From the human T2T-CHM13v2.0 reference genome, Homo sapiens: DNA of 64,000 nt. Shown here in pieces: positions 12,531 through 27,620 of this stretch; position 1 is the first letter of the stretch; every line of letters begins with the position of its first letter. Where the stretch lies: NCBI RefSeq assembly GCF_009914755.1, contig NC_060947.1; one strand, given 5' to 3'. Under the pieces are notes generated by a model, which ran no database searches, was not told the DNA's origin, and saw only the letters and a list, made by a program, of their open reading frames with translations. The translations under genes and the position numbers were made by a program.

Positions 12531-12852
12531 AACCCTGGTCAGTAAGTTGATGAAAAAAAGAAGGAGAAGAAGGAAGACAGAAAAGAAAAGGAATAGTCTC
12601 AAGATTCCTTTAACAGGATTTAAAGGCCTTAATACAACCATTCATCAAAGGTATTTGTAGAGACAGGCACTATGGTATAACAGTTAAGAATTGACTGTTA
12701 TACCGCTCTACCGCTTGCTACCTGTGTGACCACGAGTAAGTAACTTAACCCCCCGTGCCTCAGTTTACCCATCTCTAAAATGAGGATAATAATAGCAACT
12801 ACCTCATGGCCCAATACAAGGTTCAATTTTTTTTTTTTTTTTTTTTTTTTTT

Positions 12853-12949
12853 GGCTAGTCAAGTGAAGCAGTGGGAGTACAGAAGCAACAAAGAAATCTA
12901 TCACTGGTTGTGGTCATTAGCTGTAAACACCACTGCACTTGGAGCAGCC
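12853..12949 (-). pseudogene. Y3 RNA (RNY3) retropseudogene with poly-A tail at 12827-12852
   Basis: Reverse complement GGCTGCTCCAAGTGCAGTGGTGTTTACAGCTAATGACCACAACCAGTGATAGATTTCTTTGTT...CTCCCACTGCTTCACTTGACTAGCC matches recalled hY3 with scattered substitutions; terminal U-run replaced by poly-A. Confidence 0.9.
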
Positions 12950-12952
12950 TGA

Positions 12953-13431
<479 letters not shown>

Positions 13432-14595
13432 TAATACAGTACTTAAAACAATGCCTAGCACTAGTAAATGCCATGTTTTTGTATTTTTATATTATAGATA
13501 AATATATAATTGTTTGTTAAATAAAATATCAAGTCATACTGCTACAAACACTCCTGGATAGGCACTGCCTGTGCAGCAGCCCATCATATACCTCAGTACA
13601 CATCCACTGGACTCATACAACAGATCCAGAATACAATTTAGGGCTACTTATGAAACTAGCGACCTGTGAGCTAGCCTGTAGAATCCCCAAGTGGTGATTA
13701 GAGGAGCTACTTTTGAATAACAGGCTGCCTTGGGGACCCCAGGCATAGATCAGCAGTTAATTGTAGATGATGATATATCAGAGAGAAACCTACCAGACAC
13801 CATTGTGTCCAAGGAAGTATTTCTATTCCTTCCTCCACATATTTGCTTGAGTTGCTTTTGTCCTCTAATACTCTCCTTATTTACCCGATGATGAATTAAG
13901 ATCTTCCCTTCCTTTAACACCCAACTTAGATCCCACCTCAGCTCTGAGGCCTCATGGGCCTATCCCAGTCTTTCCTCTGAACTCCAACAGTACTTGGTCC
14001 CTTCATGTGGCCCTTAGAATACACTGCCTTGTGCATTTCTCTTCTCTCCTCAATTAATCATAAGTACCTCATGGGCAGGCACTGCTCTTGTGTCCCTCGC
14101 AGGAATGAGCTCACCTTCCACTGCCCCTGTGAGAGGGGAACCAACTAAGAGTATGCAAGGGAAAACAGAAAGTCCACTCTTCCAATCATTCGTCAAATAC
14201 TGACTGAGCCCTGTGCTTGGGCTGTGGGATGTGGAGGGTGAAAGAGTTGAGTCCTTTTCCTCAGGAAGCCCACAATCTTGAATCAAATCGTTACATCCCA
14301 AATGCATAATAATATTTGCCTCTGGTGGGGGTAGGGAAAATGGGACAGGGGAAAGAAGCAAATGAGGCTGTGTTCGTTTTAGCATAATTATCTAGAGAAA
14401 AGAAAAAGACTCTCCAGAGGCTGTAAAACTAAAGGCGGGGGTCAGGGGCAATTCTGATGAGAGAGAGAGAGAAGAATTTGGAGCTTGGGGCGGCCAGAGC
14501 ATATAGCTCAGGAGAGAAACAGTAAGAGAGAGAGGAGAAAGTATGACCCTTCCTTCAGTCTCTCCATCTTCAACAAATTCTACTCCCCACCACCA

Positions 14596-14896
14596 ATTAT
14601 TATTATTATTTTGAGACAGGACTCACTCTGTCTCCCACACTAGAGTGCAGTGGCAGGATCATGGCTCACTGCAGCCTTGACCTCCTAGGCTCAAGCGATC
14701 CTCCCACCTCAGCCTCCTGAATAGCTGGGACCACAGCTGCATACCACCATGCCTGGCTAATTCTTAAAACAAATTTTTGTAGAGACAGCATCACCTTATG
14801 TTGCCCAGGCTGGTGTTGAACTGCTGGCCTTAAGCAATCTCCCACCTTGGCCTCTCAATGTGCAGGGTTTACATGAGTGAGCCACTGTGCCTGGCC
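14596..14896 (-). mobile_element. AluJ-like element
   Basis: Reverse Alu dimer with (ATT)n tail. Confidence 0.85.
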
Positions 14897-15786
14897 CAGT
14901 TACTTTAAAAAACAACAACAACAACAAAAAACAAACAAACAAACAAAAACCTTTGATGCCATTTGATTGTGGTAATTGCTAGGAAGAAAACACAGAGAGA
15001 AAGTAACAGGGTAGAGGGTATATTTTAGACTTGGCATGCAGAGAAGGCCTCTTTGGGGAGAGGATATTTAAATTGAGACCTAAAGACAAAGTTGCTAGAA
15101 GTGCAAAGACTGGGAATAGGAGTTGGGGTGAGTGTTTCAGATGAGGGGAACAATGAAATAGAGAAATATTGTTTTCGAGAAAAGAAGAAAGCGTGAGTGG
15201 AAATAAGCAGTAGGAGATATTACGTCCACTGAGATTTGGGTTAAGTGACTTGCCCCAGATTACGCAGCTAGTCAGTGACAAATGAGAGAATTCATGAGCT
15301 CTATTTTGAGAAATAGAATTGAACAGAAGGCCCCTGGAACTTCAAGATAGCATCTAGCAAGAGCAGCACGGACAAAACAATAGGGACAGAGACTCAGGCA
15401 GCTTTCTTGCTTTCTTTTAAAAAAAACATGTGTCTATTTTCCCCTTTTGTTTGCATCCAAACATCCATTATCTGTGCCTATTTTTATTGAATATATTTAA
15501 GGTGTACGATGTGATGTTGAGACTTTCTATTATTCTGGAAATTTTGTCAAAATTCCAGTGTTATTGATTTTTGTGAATCCTTCTGTGTTTTCCTGAAGGG
15601 GCTGACAGCAAAATCCTTGAATGAAAAGTACTGGATTTGTCAGAATTTCCCACGTGCTAGGCCATAGCTGCTTGTCTTTGGGGAAAGCAAGGAAGGGGTG
15701 ACCTTCAGGCCTGGATCCCACACTTCAGTCAGTCTTGGGAAAGGTGAAGCCTGAGGCTCTTTGAAGGAGAAAAAAGAAGCTGAATG

Positions 15787-16080
15787 AGGCTGGACATGGT
15801 GGCTCATGCCTGTAATCCCAGCACTTTGGGAGGCCAAGGCAGGCGGCTCACGAGGTCAGGAGATCAAGACCATCCTGTCTAACACAGTGAAACCCCATCT
15901 CTACTAAAAATACAAAAAATTAGCCAGGCGTGGTGGCACTCGCTTCTAGTGCCAGCTACTCAGGAGGCTGAGGTAGGAGAATCACTTGAATCCAGGAGGT
16001 GGAGGTTGCAGTGAGCCAAGATCACGCCACTGTGCTCCAGCCTTGGTGACAGAGCAAGACTGTCTCAAAAAAAAAAAAAA
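15787..16080 (+). mobile_element. AluS element
   Basis: Full dimer with A tail; degenerate TSD aagaagctgaatga / aaaggctaaatga. Confidence 0.9.
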
Positions 16081-16520
16081 CAAAAAGGCTAAATGAAGAC
16101 CTGGGTTTGGGGAAGAATCCAAAACAGGAGGGGCTACATGATTGGAGACATGGTGGGGGATTGAAGGGATGATGGGAACTTCACAGTTTAGAAGAGGGCC
16201 ATATGGGTCCCCTGGAAAATGGCTCAGACAGAGCAGTCATCTTGCTCAAGGTCGCAGAGCTAGTGTGTGGCAAAACCAGGAGTGGAGCCCATGTTTGACG
16301 GGTTCCACAGCCTTTCTATTATATCACCCAAGATGATTTTCCCCACAACTCCTGTTTAATGTTGCCATTATGTTGGTTTTAGAATGTTTTTTAGAACATA
16401 TGAGTGTGTGTGAGAGCGTGTGAGCGTGTGTTGAGGAGAGGCCTTGTTAGCATGGAAGCACTTTTGCTCTTGTATGTGCATATTTCTCCCATGTTTACCT
16501 AAGACTTGGTGGGATTATCA

Positions 16521-17858
<1,338 letters not shown>

Positions 17859-18159
17859 GAGAGGGGTCTGAGGCACACTGACACTCCCCTTCTTGCCAGA
17901 TCCTTTGGATTCTTGGGACAGCTGAGCAAGAATGGGGAGAAAGCATCCAAAAGCATCCACCTGGAGTGCAGGCTGAGCCTCTAGATTGAGCTTTTACAGG
18001 ACTAGAAACATGGAAGGAAGGTCAGACATTGACAGCCAGAGAGACACCTGTTGGCTAGTGTCTAAGGGAGACCAGATAGTGGGATGTTGAAAGAATAAGG
18101 ACAGAACAAAGGTCTGGGTAGCTCACCATCTTTTCCTGAGTTATCCTTTCACTGTGTGA

Positions 18160-18468
18160 ATTTTTTCTTTTCTTTGTTTTTTCTTTTTGAGACAGGATCT
18201 CGCTCTGTCACCCAGCCTGGAGTGCAGTAGCATGATAGCAGCTCAGTGTAGTCTTCACTTCCCTGGCTCAGTTGATCCTCCCACCTCTGCCTCCAGAGAA
18301 GCTCAGATTACAGGCATGTGCCACTACGCCTGGCAAATTTTTGTATTTTTTGTAGAGATGTGGTTTCTCTATGTTGCCCAGGCTGGTCCTGAACTCCTGG
18401 GCTAACAGGATCCTCCTGTCTTGGCCTCCCAAAGTGCTGGAATTACAGGCAGGAGCCCCATGCCTGGT
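18160..18468 (-). mobile_element. AluJ-like element
   Basis: Reverse Alu dimer with T-rich tail. Confidence 0.85.
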
Positions 18469-19111
18469 GTGAATGGAAAGTGCTATCAACTCCCAGCTTC
18501 TCAAACACGGTATATGTGATAAGAGTATGAGCTCTGAAGTCTCTACTAACCTTGGCAAATCAGGGAACCGCTCTGATCCTAGGTTTTCTCATCTGTAAAA
18601 CAGGGTTAATGATAGTACCCATCCCATAGGAATGCTAATGAGATTAAGTGGTATGGAAAGCCACGGGAACAGAGGCTAACACACAGTAGGCCACCAGTGC
18701 ATAGTATCTATCCTTATTTCCTCCCATTGAATGAAAATGCAAATGCAAATGACCATTGGATTATCCAGGCAACTGTATACTTCTGTAAGACCAAATAATA
18801 AAACCACTGGGGTGGAAAGAATGTTACAGATCTGTTGCTCTCTCTTAGTTTGACACATGAGGAACCCAAAACCCAATGGAGACAAGTGCATTAGAGGAAA
18901 ATGAAAAAGACTGTGCAAAAGCAAACATCACGAAAGGGAATTATAAGATTTTTGAGTGGCTGCAAGACCAGATGAGTTAGTGTGCATATACATGTTTCAA
19001 AGCGAGAGGGAAAAAGAGGAAACTGGAGGGGAGATAAGGCTATCAAAGAAGGAAAGACCAGCATACAATGTGCTTTCCTGTGAAAGTCAGGAGTTTGAAC
19101 TTCACCTAGAT

Positions 19112-19450
19112 CAGCATTGTCCATTAAGAATATAATGTGATCCACATAGGCAATTTTAAGTATTCTAGCCGCCACATGAAAAAAGAAATGGGCAAAATCA
19201 ACTTTAACATTATAATTCATTTAACCCACTATATCAAATACATTATCATTTTAACATGCAGTCAAAATGAATACTGATTAATGACATTTTGCACTCTTTT
19301 TTGAATACTAAGTCATTGAAATCTGGCATGTAGTTTTACAGTGACAGCACATCTTAATCTGAACTAGCCACATTTCAAATGCTCAAGGGCCACATGTAAC
19401 TCAAGGGCCACATGAATCTAAGGACTAGTGTATTTGTCACTGCAGACCTA
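19112..19450. mobile_element. MER33-like hAT-Charlie MITE
   Basis: cagcattgtccattaagaatataatgtgatccacat...; contains a small tandem duplication of ctcaagggccacatg. Confidence 0.7.
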
Positions 19451-21084
19451 GGCAATGGGGAGCCACTGAGGCGTTTTAGGCAGTGGAGCGCCATGTCCTG
19501 ATGCGTGCTTCAGAGCAAGAACAGGAGCCAGCCACTCAAGATTGCTATGTGTATTTGTGCAAGTTGTGTGCGGTACAAAGGACGTGGATGTGGGCTGCAA
19601 TGCAGCCCAATAATTCTATACATCAAGCCAAGCACCCTGGCACAACACTGCCAGCTCAGAGTAAAGTGAACCTTTTCCTGATTGGTCAGCCCAGAGGCAG
19701 TGCCTTTCAGAAACAACAATAAGAACAACAAAAACACAACTTTCACGAAGATACTATATGTACTAGCACTAGCCTTGGGGAAAAGCCAGGCCCATGTAGC
19801 AGGTACACATATTAGTCCACCACTCAGGTAAGAAGCAGCACATCTTTTTACAAATCATAGTGAATTCCACTTTGATCTCCCAGGACCCACAGTCTGGAGG
19901 GAAACTCAACCTCAATTATTCTTGGGACTCTTCACTCAGAGTTGCGCCTGAGTTCTGATTTTTGTATGTACCAGGACATAGGGGTATGGCCCTCTCTGGT
20001 CATCAAGTCGTCTACTCACAGCGGCTAATGCTGAGGTATCTACTGGCCTCTGTGCAGGACCCTTCAGGCCCAACAGCACTCTGATGATTCTGCAAAAATC
20101 CTCTGCTTAACATCCCACCCTCCTAGATTCCCCACCTCACCATTCCTTTCTGGGGTCTTGCTGCCTTCCCATGCACACTGCCCAGAAGCCAGCCCAGGCT
20201 CTCCTGCTCTGGAACTTTCTCTTCTCCCATTGTATCAGGGAAATCACTTTTTTTGATGTGGAAAAAAGTCGTTTTCCCTTCATGTCTCCTCCAAGATGGT
20301 TTTTGTTTTGTTTCTTTACTGGCAAACTTTCCCCACTTTGAGGCTCAAGGCTGTTGTGAACCAAAATTAGAAAGTGCTATAGGGGCGCCAGGCCTGGTGG
20401 CTTACCCCTGTAATCCCAGCACTTCGGGAGGCCGAGGCAGGTGGGTGGCCAGGAGTTCCAGACCAGCCTGAGTGACATGGTGAAACCCCATCACTATTTT
20501 TTTTTAGTGCTGTACGAAAAGTCACTTTTCTGCCCTGTTTTCTGCCGTGCTACAAACCTCCTGGTAGCCAAGAGGGCCTGAACCAGCTATCTGCTTGATG
20601 GAAGGAAAGAAAAGGAGGAATGCACAGGAAGAAAAAAATAAATAAATATATTAGTCTCCTAAAATATTATCCAGCTATAGAGCAACAGAAAGTCTCCTAT
20701 ACCACTGATGGAAGAGTAAATTTGTACAACCACCGTGACAGGGTTTGTCACGATCTATTAAAGTTGAATATAGTCATATCAGGAATATCACCTGTAGGTA
20801 TGTATCCAATAAAATGAGTGCTTGTGGCTAGCAAAAGACATGTATAGGTGCATTCATAGCAGCACTATTCCTAATAGGATCAAACTGGAAACAACCCAAA
20901 TAAATGTCCATCAACTATACAATGGACGATATATAATGGAATATTATACAATATGAGAATAAAACAACAAGCAACAACACGGCTGACTCTCACAAGCATA
21001 ATGTTGAGCAAAGGAAACTAAACGCACAAAAAATCATACGGTGTGATTCTATTTAGCTATGAAGTGTTGTAAAAGGCAGAATCC

Positions 21085-21306
21085 AGCCTGGTCAACATAG
21101 TGAAGCCCCATCTCTACAAAAAATGCAAATATTAGCCTGGTGTGGTGGCACATGCCTGTGGTTCCAGTTACTTGGGATGCTGAGGTGGAAGGAGCCCACC
21201 TCACATGAGCCTTGGAGGTCGAGGCTGCAGTGAGCTGTGATTGCACCACGGCCTTCCAGCCTGAGCAACAGACAGACTCTGTCTAAAAAAAAAAAAAAAA
21301 AAAAAA
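21085..21306 (+). mobile_element. Truncated AluJ inside an old L1M fragment (~20680-21450)
   Basis: Alu body with long A tail; aaaaggcaga on both flanks. Confidence 0.8.
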
Positions 21307-24300
21307 AGGCAGACTAAGAGGGGCTTTTGAGTGCTTCGAATGTTCTGTTTCTTGACCATGGGTGGGCTCAGTTTGTGATAATTTATTGATAATGTGTTGA
21401 GCTTATAATTTTGTTCAGTTTTCTGTATATAGCCAATACAATGTTTAAAAAGTAGGATGTCAACAAAAGAAAAACAATTACCTAGTCACACCAATTAACT
21501 GACAACATGCAATAATCCAGGCAAGAAAGAATGAAGGCGTGAATAATTTAAAGTAGTGGAAATAAGGAGAGGGAAGCTAGGACTGGATGTATGATTGGAT
21601 GTAGACATTAGACAGAGAGAGGAGTTCTTGACAATGCCCAGGATTCCAGCTTGGACAACTGGGTAAATGATGATGGTGGGACTGGTTGAGATATGGAACA
21701 TTGGAAGAGATAAGGCTGGTGAGTAGATGGTGAATACAATTGGCACATGATGAGTTCATAGTGTCTATGGACATTCATGTGGAGAGGCACAATGGCATGG
21801 GGTTTAAAAGTGAGGGCTGATTTTTATTCTGTACATGATGGAATAAACACACACCTCCCTTTATTGCCTACTGAACTTGAGTACAAAGCTTGTACAGAAT
21901 GCATGCCAAACTATTTGAGAACTCTGAAAAGTAAATATTAGCAGACAGACTAGAGAAGGCTAGAATTAACAGTGCCACCAAACTGGAAGTGAGTTTACTA
22001 TTTTTGTTCCTGCAGCATCCCCCAGCAGGAACTCAAGACAATCTGAAACTCAGAAGTGAGCACTCTGGTACAGACAGAGATCCAGTAGAAACCCTCTACT
22101 TCTGGTTGGAGGGGTGGAAAGGGGAGATCCAAAATGCTCAAAGAGAGTGGAGGAAATACACTGGTGCTGTTTTTATTTTTTCCCCTGTGGTCTGTCACCC
22201 CAGTCAGCAGGCGGTCCCACAGTTGAGGTGGTGGCAGTGGGAAAGAGTAGCCGGGGATGGGAAACTGCAGAAGCCAAAAGTGAATGAAAAGGGAGAACCT
22301 TACTTTTCTGTTCAATGAAGCTGCAGCTTTAAGGGGGAGGGGCCAAAACCCATTGCCTTTTTTTTTTTTTTTTTTTTTTTTGTCTCTGTCTCCCCGCCCC
22401 CTGCTCCTTCCCCGCCCCGAGCAAAGCGTCTCCTGCCACGTGGCCCAGACAACCTCCATCAATGAGAGCCTGCAGGGTACTGGAAAGTATTGGAAGGATA
22501 ACGGAAAGTGAGGAGCTCAGGAATGTGGCCCCAAAGAGCTGTTATGACATCTAGGGTTTACCCTTGACCTCTGCGTCCGTTTTCTGAACCTAACTACCAT
22601 AACGAAGGCTGTCAGAACTGAGAACTGAGCTAAGCGGTCTTCCCAACAGACCCAACTGACCTACTGGTTGGTCACGCGAGAAAACGGATTAGAACTGCGA
22701 AATATTTGAAAGCTTAACTGACATTGGAAATATAGGCTGTAGAAGAATAAAAGAAATAGCAACATTCTCCATAGTGGGGGTGGGGTGATGACTCTTAAAG
22801 GGAGAGCAGAGGGAGTTTATTGGGCGTGATGAACTGTTCTGTATCCTGATTATGGTGGTAGCTACATAATCTATACATGTGTTAAAATTTATAGAACTGT
22901 GAACCAAAACGGAAGAAAGCCAGTTTTACAGAATAATACTTAAAAAAATATAATTTAAAAGTGTGAAGGCTCTGGTGTTCAAATTCTGGTAACACCACTC
23001 ACTAGCTGTGTTGACCCCAAACAAGTTTCCACCCCTCTGTGCTTCAGTTTCCTTGCCCTCAAACAGAGAAAATCCTAGTTTCTGCCTCCTGGAGAGTTTG
23101 TTATGATGGAGGTTAAATGAGATAATACATATAATGTGCTTAGACAGTGCCTGAGACATAGTGTTTGCTTAAGAAATGTCTGTGTATGTCCAGTAGTCAG
23201 TTCAATATAAGGGCCTGGGGTTCAGGAAACTGGTGAGAGGATGGAAGAAATCACTGCGTGAGTCACTGCTGTGTATATTTGGGTATTTATAGCCATAGGA
23301 CAAATAGCTGCTGTGACCTTATGTTTTTAAGCCATGCAACCTACCCAGCCACCAAGCTTCCTCACTTCACTCCTGACCGCTTTCCAGTTTTCATGTAGTT
23401 CCTAACCTGTGGTGCTGTCTCCAATTTGGCCTTCAGTTCACTGACTGGTCATGACCTCTCCAAGCTGTTCTTTAAGCTGTTCTCATTCTTCTTTGTGGAT
23501 CAAAACCTCTTGGACATTCTGCAAAATGCCTGGCCTAGACTCTTAAAAAAGTGACAATGTCATTAAAGACCAGGAAAAAATGGCTGGGACCTTTCTAGAT
23601 TAAAGGAGACTAAAGGGACATGATAACTCAATACAATGCATGGATATTGGATAGAGCAGAGGGGAACAGCTATTGAGGCTATTATTGGGATTTTTTAGGA
23701 CAACTGGCTATGACTTGTATGTGGACGAATGTCCTAGTTCCTAGGAGACACACACTGGAGTATTTAGGGTTGAATATCATGATGTCTACACTGACTTTCA
23801 AATGGCTCAGAAAAATAATGATAATTTTATATAATAATAATAATTATTATATATATGCACACAATTTTAGTCATTTGTGTGCCAGATAGATAAAGCAAGA
23901 TGGCAAAATATGAACAATTGAAGCTAGATGAAGGGTATATGGGTACTTATTATACTGGTGTTACAACTTTTCCATAAGTTTTAATTTCTTCAAAATAGAA
24001 CGGAGTAATATGACATCACTTGGAGATATGTAAAATATACATGCTTGTTTTGCAACCCCAAACAAAGGAATTGAGAATTTATCTGGAGTTGGGGTGGGAC
24101 AGATGGGCTGGGAATCTGTATTTTAAAAGTTGCGGTATCCTAGCGAAGAAACACCACTGAGAGAACTTCATCTCACACCCTCCTCTACCTCCTCTGGTCC
24201 TTGCCGTCTTCCAGGATCCAAACTCTGGCACGAGTTCTCTTTGGCAGTGTCCCAGCTAGGCCTGTCCACCCACCCTCTGTAAAGTGGGTGCAGCTAGATA

Positions 24301-26809
24301 GTGGGGCTTGTGGGAAGAGCAGCAAAACAAGGATAGATCCTGGGTAGGTCAACAGTTATCAGATGGGCAGAGAAAGAGGGTTCTCTGAAAGAGACTGGGA
24401 AGAAAGGGCCAGGGAAGTAGGAAGAAAACCCCAAGATTCGACTCAAAGGAGGATGGAGAGATATGACAAGTCACTCTAGGTGTGCCTGCTTAGAGTTTGC
24501 ATCAGGATGGGGATAACTAAGTTGTTCTGTCATTTCAGAAGTGGACCATTTGGTTGCAGAGGAGATTTTCCTGGCAAGTCCTCCCTTCCCTTTAGCAGAT
24601 AGTTTGTGCCACAGGACTCATTGACAAAGGCATCCGAAGTCTCCAACAGGAAAAATTTCTTTTCCAAAAGCAGGGCCTTTGGGAACGAGATGCTGTCAGC
24701 CACTGAGAGGAAAGTTAGCAGATCAGGGTGTTTTATTTTACTTTCCTCTCTTGCTGAGTTCTGGGACATGATTTATCTTCTATTGGGAGGTGCTGTGTTA
24801 AGCCACGTCAAGGTCATTAAAAATATATGCATTTGGCATTTGGAGGTCGGGGAGAGTTTGGAGTCTGCCTTCTACTGTTTCTGGCATCTGATGGTTGTGA
24901 CAGTGGCAAATAAAGGCCTGGAGGCCAAGTGTAACCTTAGGGAAGGAAAATGAAAACCTACCACCCTTCTCTTCATCAATTGTCTCCATCACAGCTGGGG
25001 TTTCTAGTCGGTCATAAGGGGCACTGCTCACCTTCCCCATCTGCCCCCCAGTAGGTATGTTAGTTCAGCTCTGGAATCTTTTAACATTTAGTGAAGTCCA
25101 TTTTAAAAAGGAAAAATGAAAGGAACCAAAAAAAAAGCAGAAATAAGCAAAGGAAGTAAAGAACAGTTAAGCAGCACATGGCTCGCTCCAATGTATCCTT
25201 CCCATAGCAGACTGAGTGAGCACTCCAGAACACAAAGCTTACTCTGAAACTGCAGAGCTCAAACCCTTCAAGTGGTTTCTCCTTGAACTTAGCAGTGAAT
25301 CCACATAGTACTCTGATGCCAGCTGACTTTTCTAGCCTTGTCACCCTTCAGTTCCCCTTCACACACTTTCTACTCCAGTGCCATGTCTCCTGGATTCCTA
25401 AGCAAGCCATGCCTTTATTCACCTCTGACGTTTTGCACATGGATGGGCACCCACCAGCCACTCAAGTGTGGTGGTGAATAGTACAGAGTCAAGTCTCATT
25501 TTGCCTGGGCGTCATCCCAGATGTAGGCAACTTTCTGATCCTCTGTACCTTCATTTCCTCAGTTGAGAATTGGGGCTACCAAGAGAGGCACCTTGAGGAT
25601 TAGATGTGACAATCTGTGAGAAGAGCCTAGCAGAGGGCCTGGCTCAGCACACAGTTAGCTGTTACTTAACAAACATTGATTGTCTGGGTGCCCAGTAGGT
25701 GGGAGGCCCTTATCTGTTCATTTGTTACAAGCTATTTGTAGTCTGGTGGAAAGGCAGACATGAAACCAAGACATTATAAGACAGTGTGATCCAGTGGCGC
25801 TGGAACTGTGTGGGTTTGTACCTTTTCTTCAGCTGAGCTCGCCCCAGGTGTTATCTAGAATTCAACTCTTAGCCAGGCCCGAGACTTGAGGAAGATAAGA
25901 GAAAGTAAAATACTTCCACCCTGGGAGAGGCATTTCAGACTTGAGGCACTAGCACAGCCCCACAGCTATTCAAATGTTGAAATCCTTTCCTACTGATTGG
26001 CAAGTGCCCTGAACACCCCAACTGCCTGTAACCCCTCCTTTCCTTCTACTTCACACATTCTGGCGTGCATTGGTCGGATACCATCAGAGACTGTCCTTGT
26101 CTCCTGCCAGGGTGCAAGGGTGCTAGCCTGTCTTGTTGCTCTTTAGCTCTGGTTCCCCTCAACCCCCAACAAGGAGCAGCCCTGAGCCCTCTGAGCAAAT
26201 GCAAATTCCATACTTGTTCTGCGAGGCTACATTTTCAACATTACATATGCTTCTCCTTGGGGATATTGCCTGCTCTGAGTCCCAGGAGCTGTATCGGCTT
26301 GCTTTGGGGGATGCCCAGTTCAGCCTTCTTCTGGGCTATGGTCTATGCCAGCAATATCCTTTGAAAACCTCTGCCTGTCCACCAGGGGAGATTTCTTCCA
26401 GCTAACCATCCACTCTACTGCAGAGGTTCCTGTCACCTCCTAGTTGTTCCTACTCCATTCTGTCAGTGTTACCTGCACTATGCTAGGATTTATCCTGACT
26501 TATGATGTTATGGACAAGGTCCTGGTGTCCTGTGAAGTAGTATAGAGTGGAAGCTTTGGAGCCTATCTGTGTTTTTCAATCCCAGCTCCAGCACTTCCTA
26601 GCTCTGTGACCTTAGCAAGTTACTCAGCCTTTCCAAGCCTCTGTCATCTCATCTGCAAAAAGGGATAACAGTAATACATACCTTATAGGGCTTTTGGGAG
26701 GATTATATAATACTGAAAAGCATTTAGAAGAATGCTGACTCACAGTAAAAGCTCAACAAATGTTAGACGTTATTATTATTGCTATTATTATTATTTTGTA
26801 TTGAAGCTC

Positions 26810-27090
26810 TTTTTTTTTTTGAGGAAGGTCTTGTCACCCAGGCTGGAGTGCAGTGGTGCAATCTTGGCTCACTGCAGCCTCAACCTCCCGGGCTCAGGTA
26901 ATCCTCCCACCTCAGACTCCTAAGTAGCTGGGACTACAGGCAAGTGCCACCATGCCCGACTAAGTTTTGCGTTTATATAGATGGGGTTTTACCATGTTGC
27001 CTAGGCTGGTGTTGTACTCCTGAGTTCAAGCGATCCACCTGTCTCGGCCTCCCAAAGTGCTGTGATTAGAGGCCTGAGCCACCGTGCCCA
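26810..27090 (-). mobile_element. AluJ-like element
   Basis: Reverse Alu; tgaagct repeated on both flanks. Confidence 0.85.
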
Positions 27091-27271
27091 ACCATACTGA
27101 AGCTTTAGTGGGCTTCATTTAGGTATATTTTCAAATATAATTGCCTCTTTTGATGTACATAACCGTTCTAATGAGGTAGGTATAAAAGACTATTGGTTAG
27201 AATCCCAATTTTTGAGGTAAAGAAATTAAGACTTGGCTATATGAAGTGAGATGGCCATGGTTAATGACAAG

Positions 27272-27620
27272 TTTTATGATTTCCCGTTTAATGTTATTGT
27301 TCTCCACCAGAAGACACTGAAATAGATGGATTGTTATTTATTCAATAAATATTTATTGAATGGCTACTGTGTGCCAGGCATTGTGCTGGGCGCTGAGGGT
27401 ACAGTGGTGAGCAAGACAGACAGGTCCCTGTGCTCCTGAAGTTACCATTTTAGTGGAAGGGGACAATCAATAAGCAAGTAAATAACAATAAAAGGTATAT
27501 ATCAGTTAGTGCAATAAAAATTAAACAGGGCAATGGGATACAAAGTAATTAAGGGAGATAAGGTAGTGAATGAAGGAGGGTTTTTCTGGGGAGGTGACTT
27601 TCATGACAAGTAGATGAGCT
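27272..27620 (-). mobile_element. L2 3' fragment
   Basis: ttattcaataaatatttattgaatggctactgtgtgccaggcattgtgctggg, typical of the L2 3' end. Confidence 0.75.
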
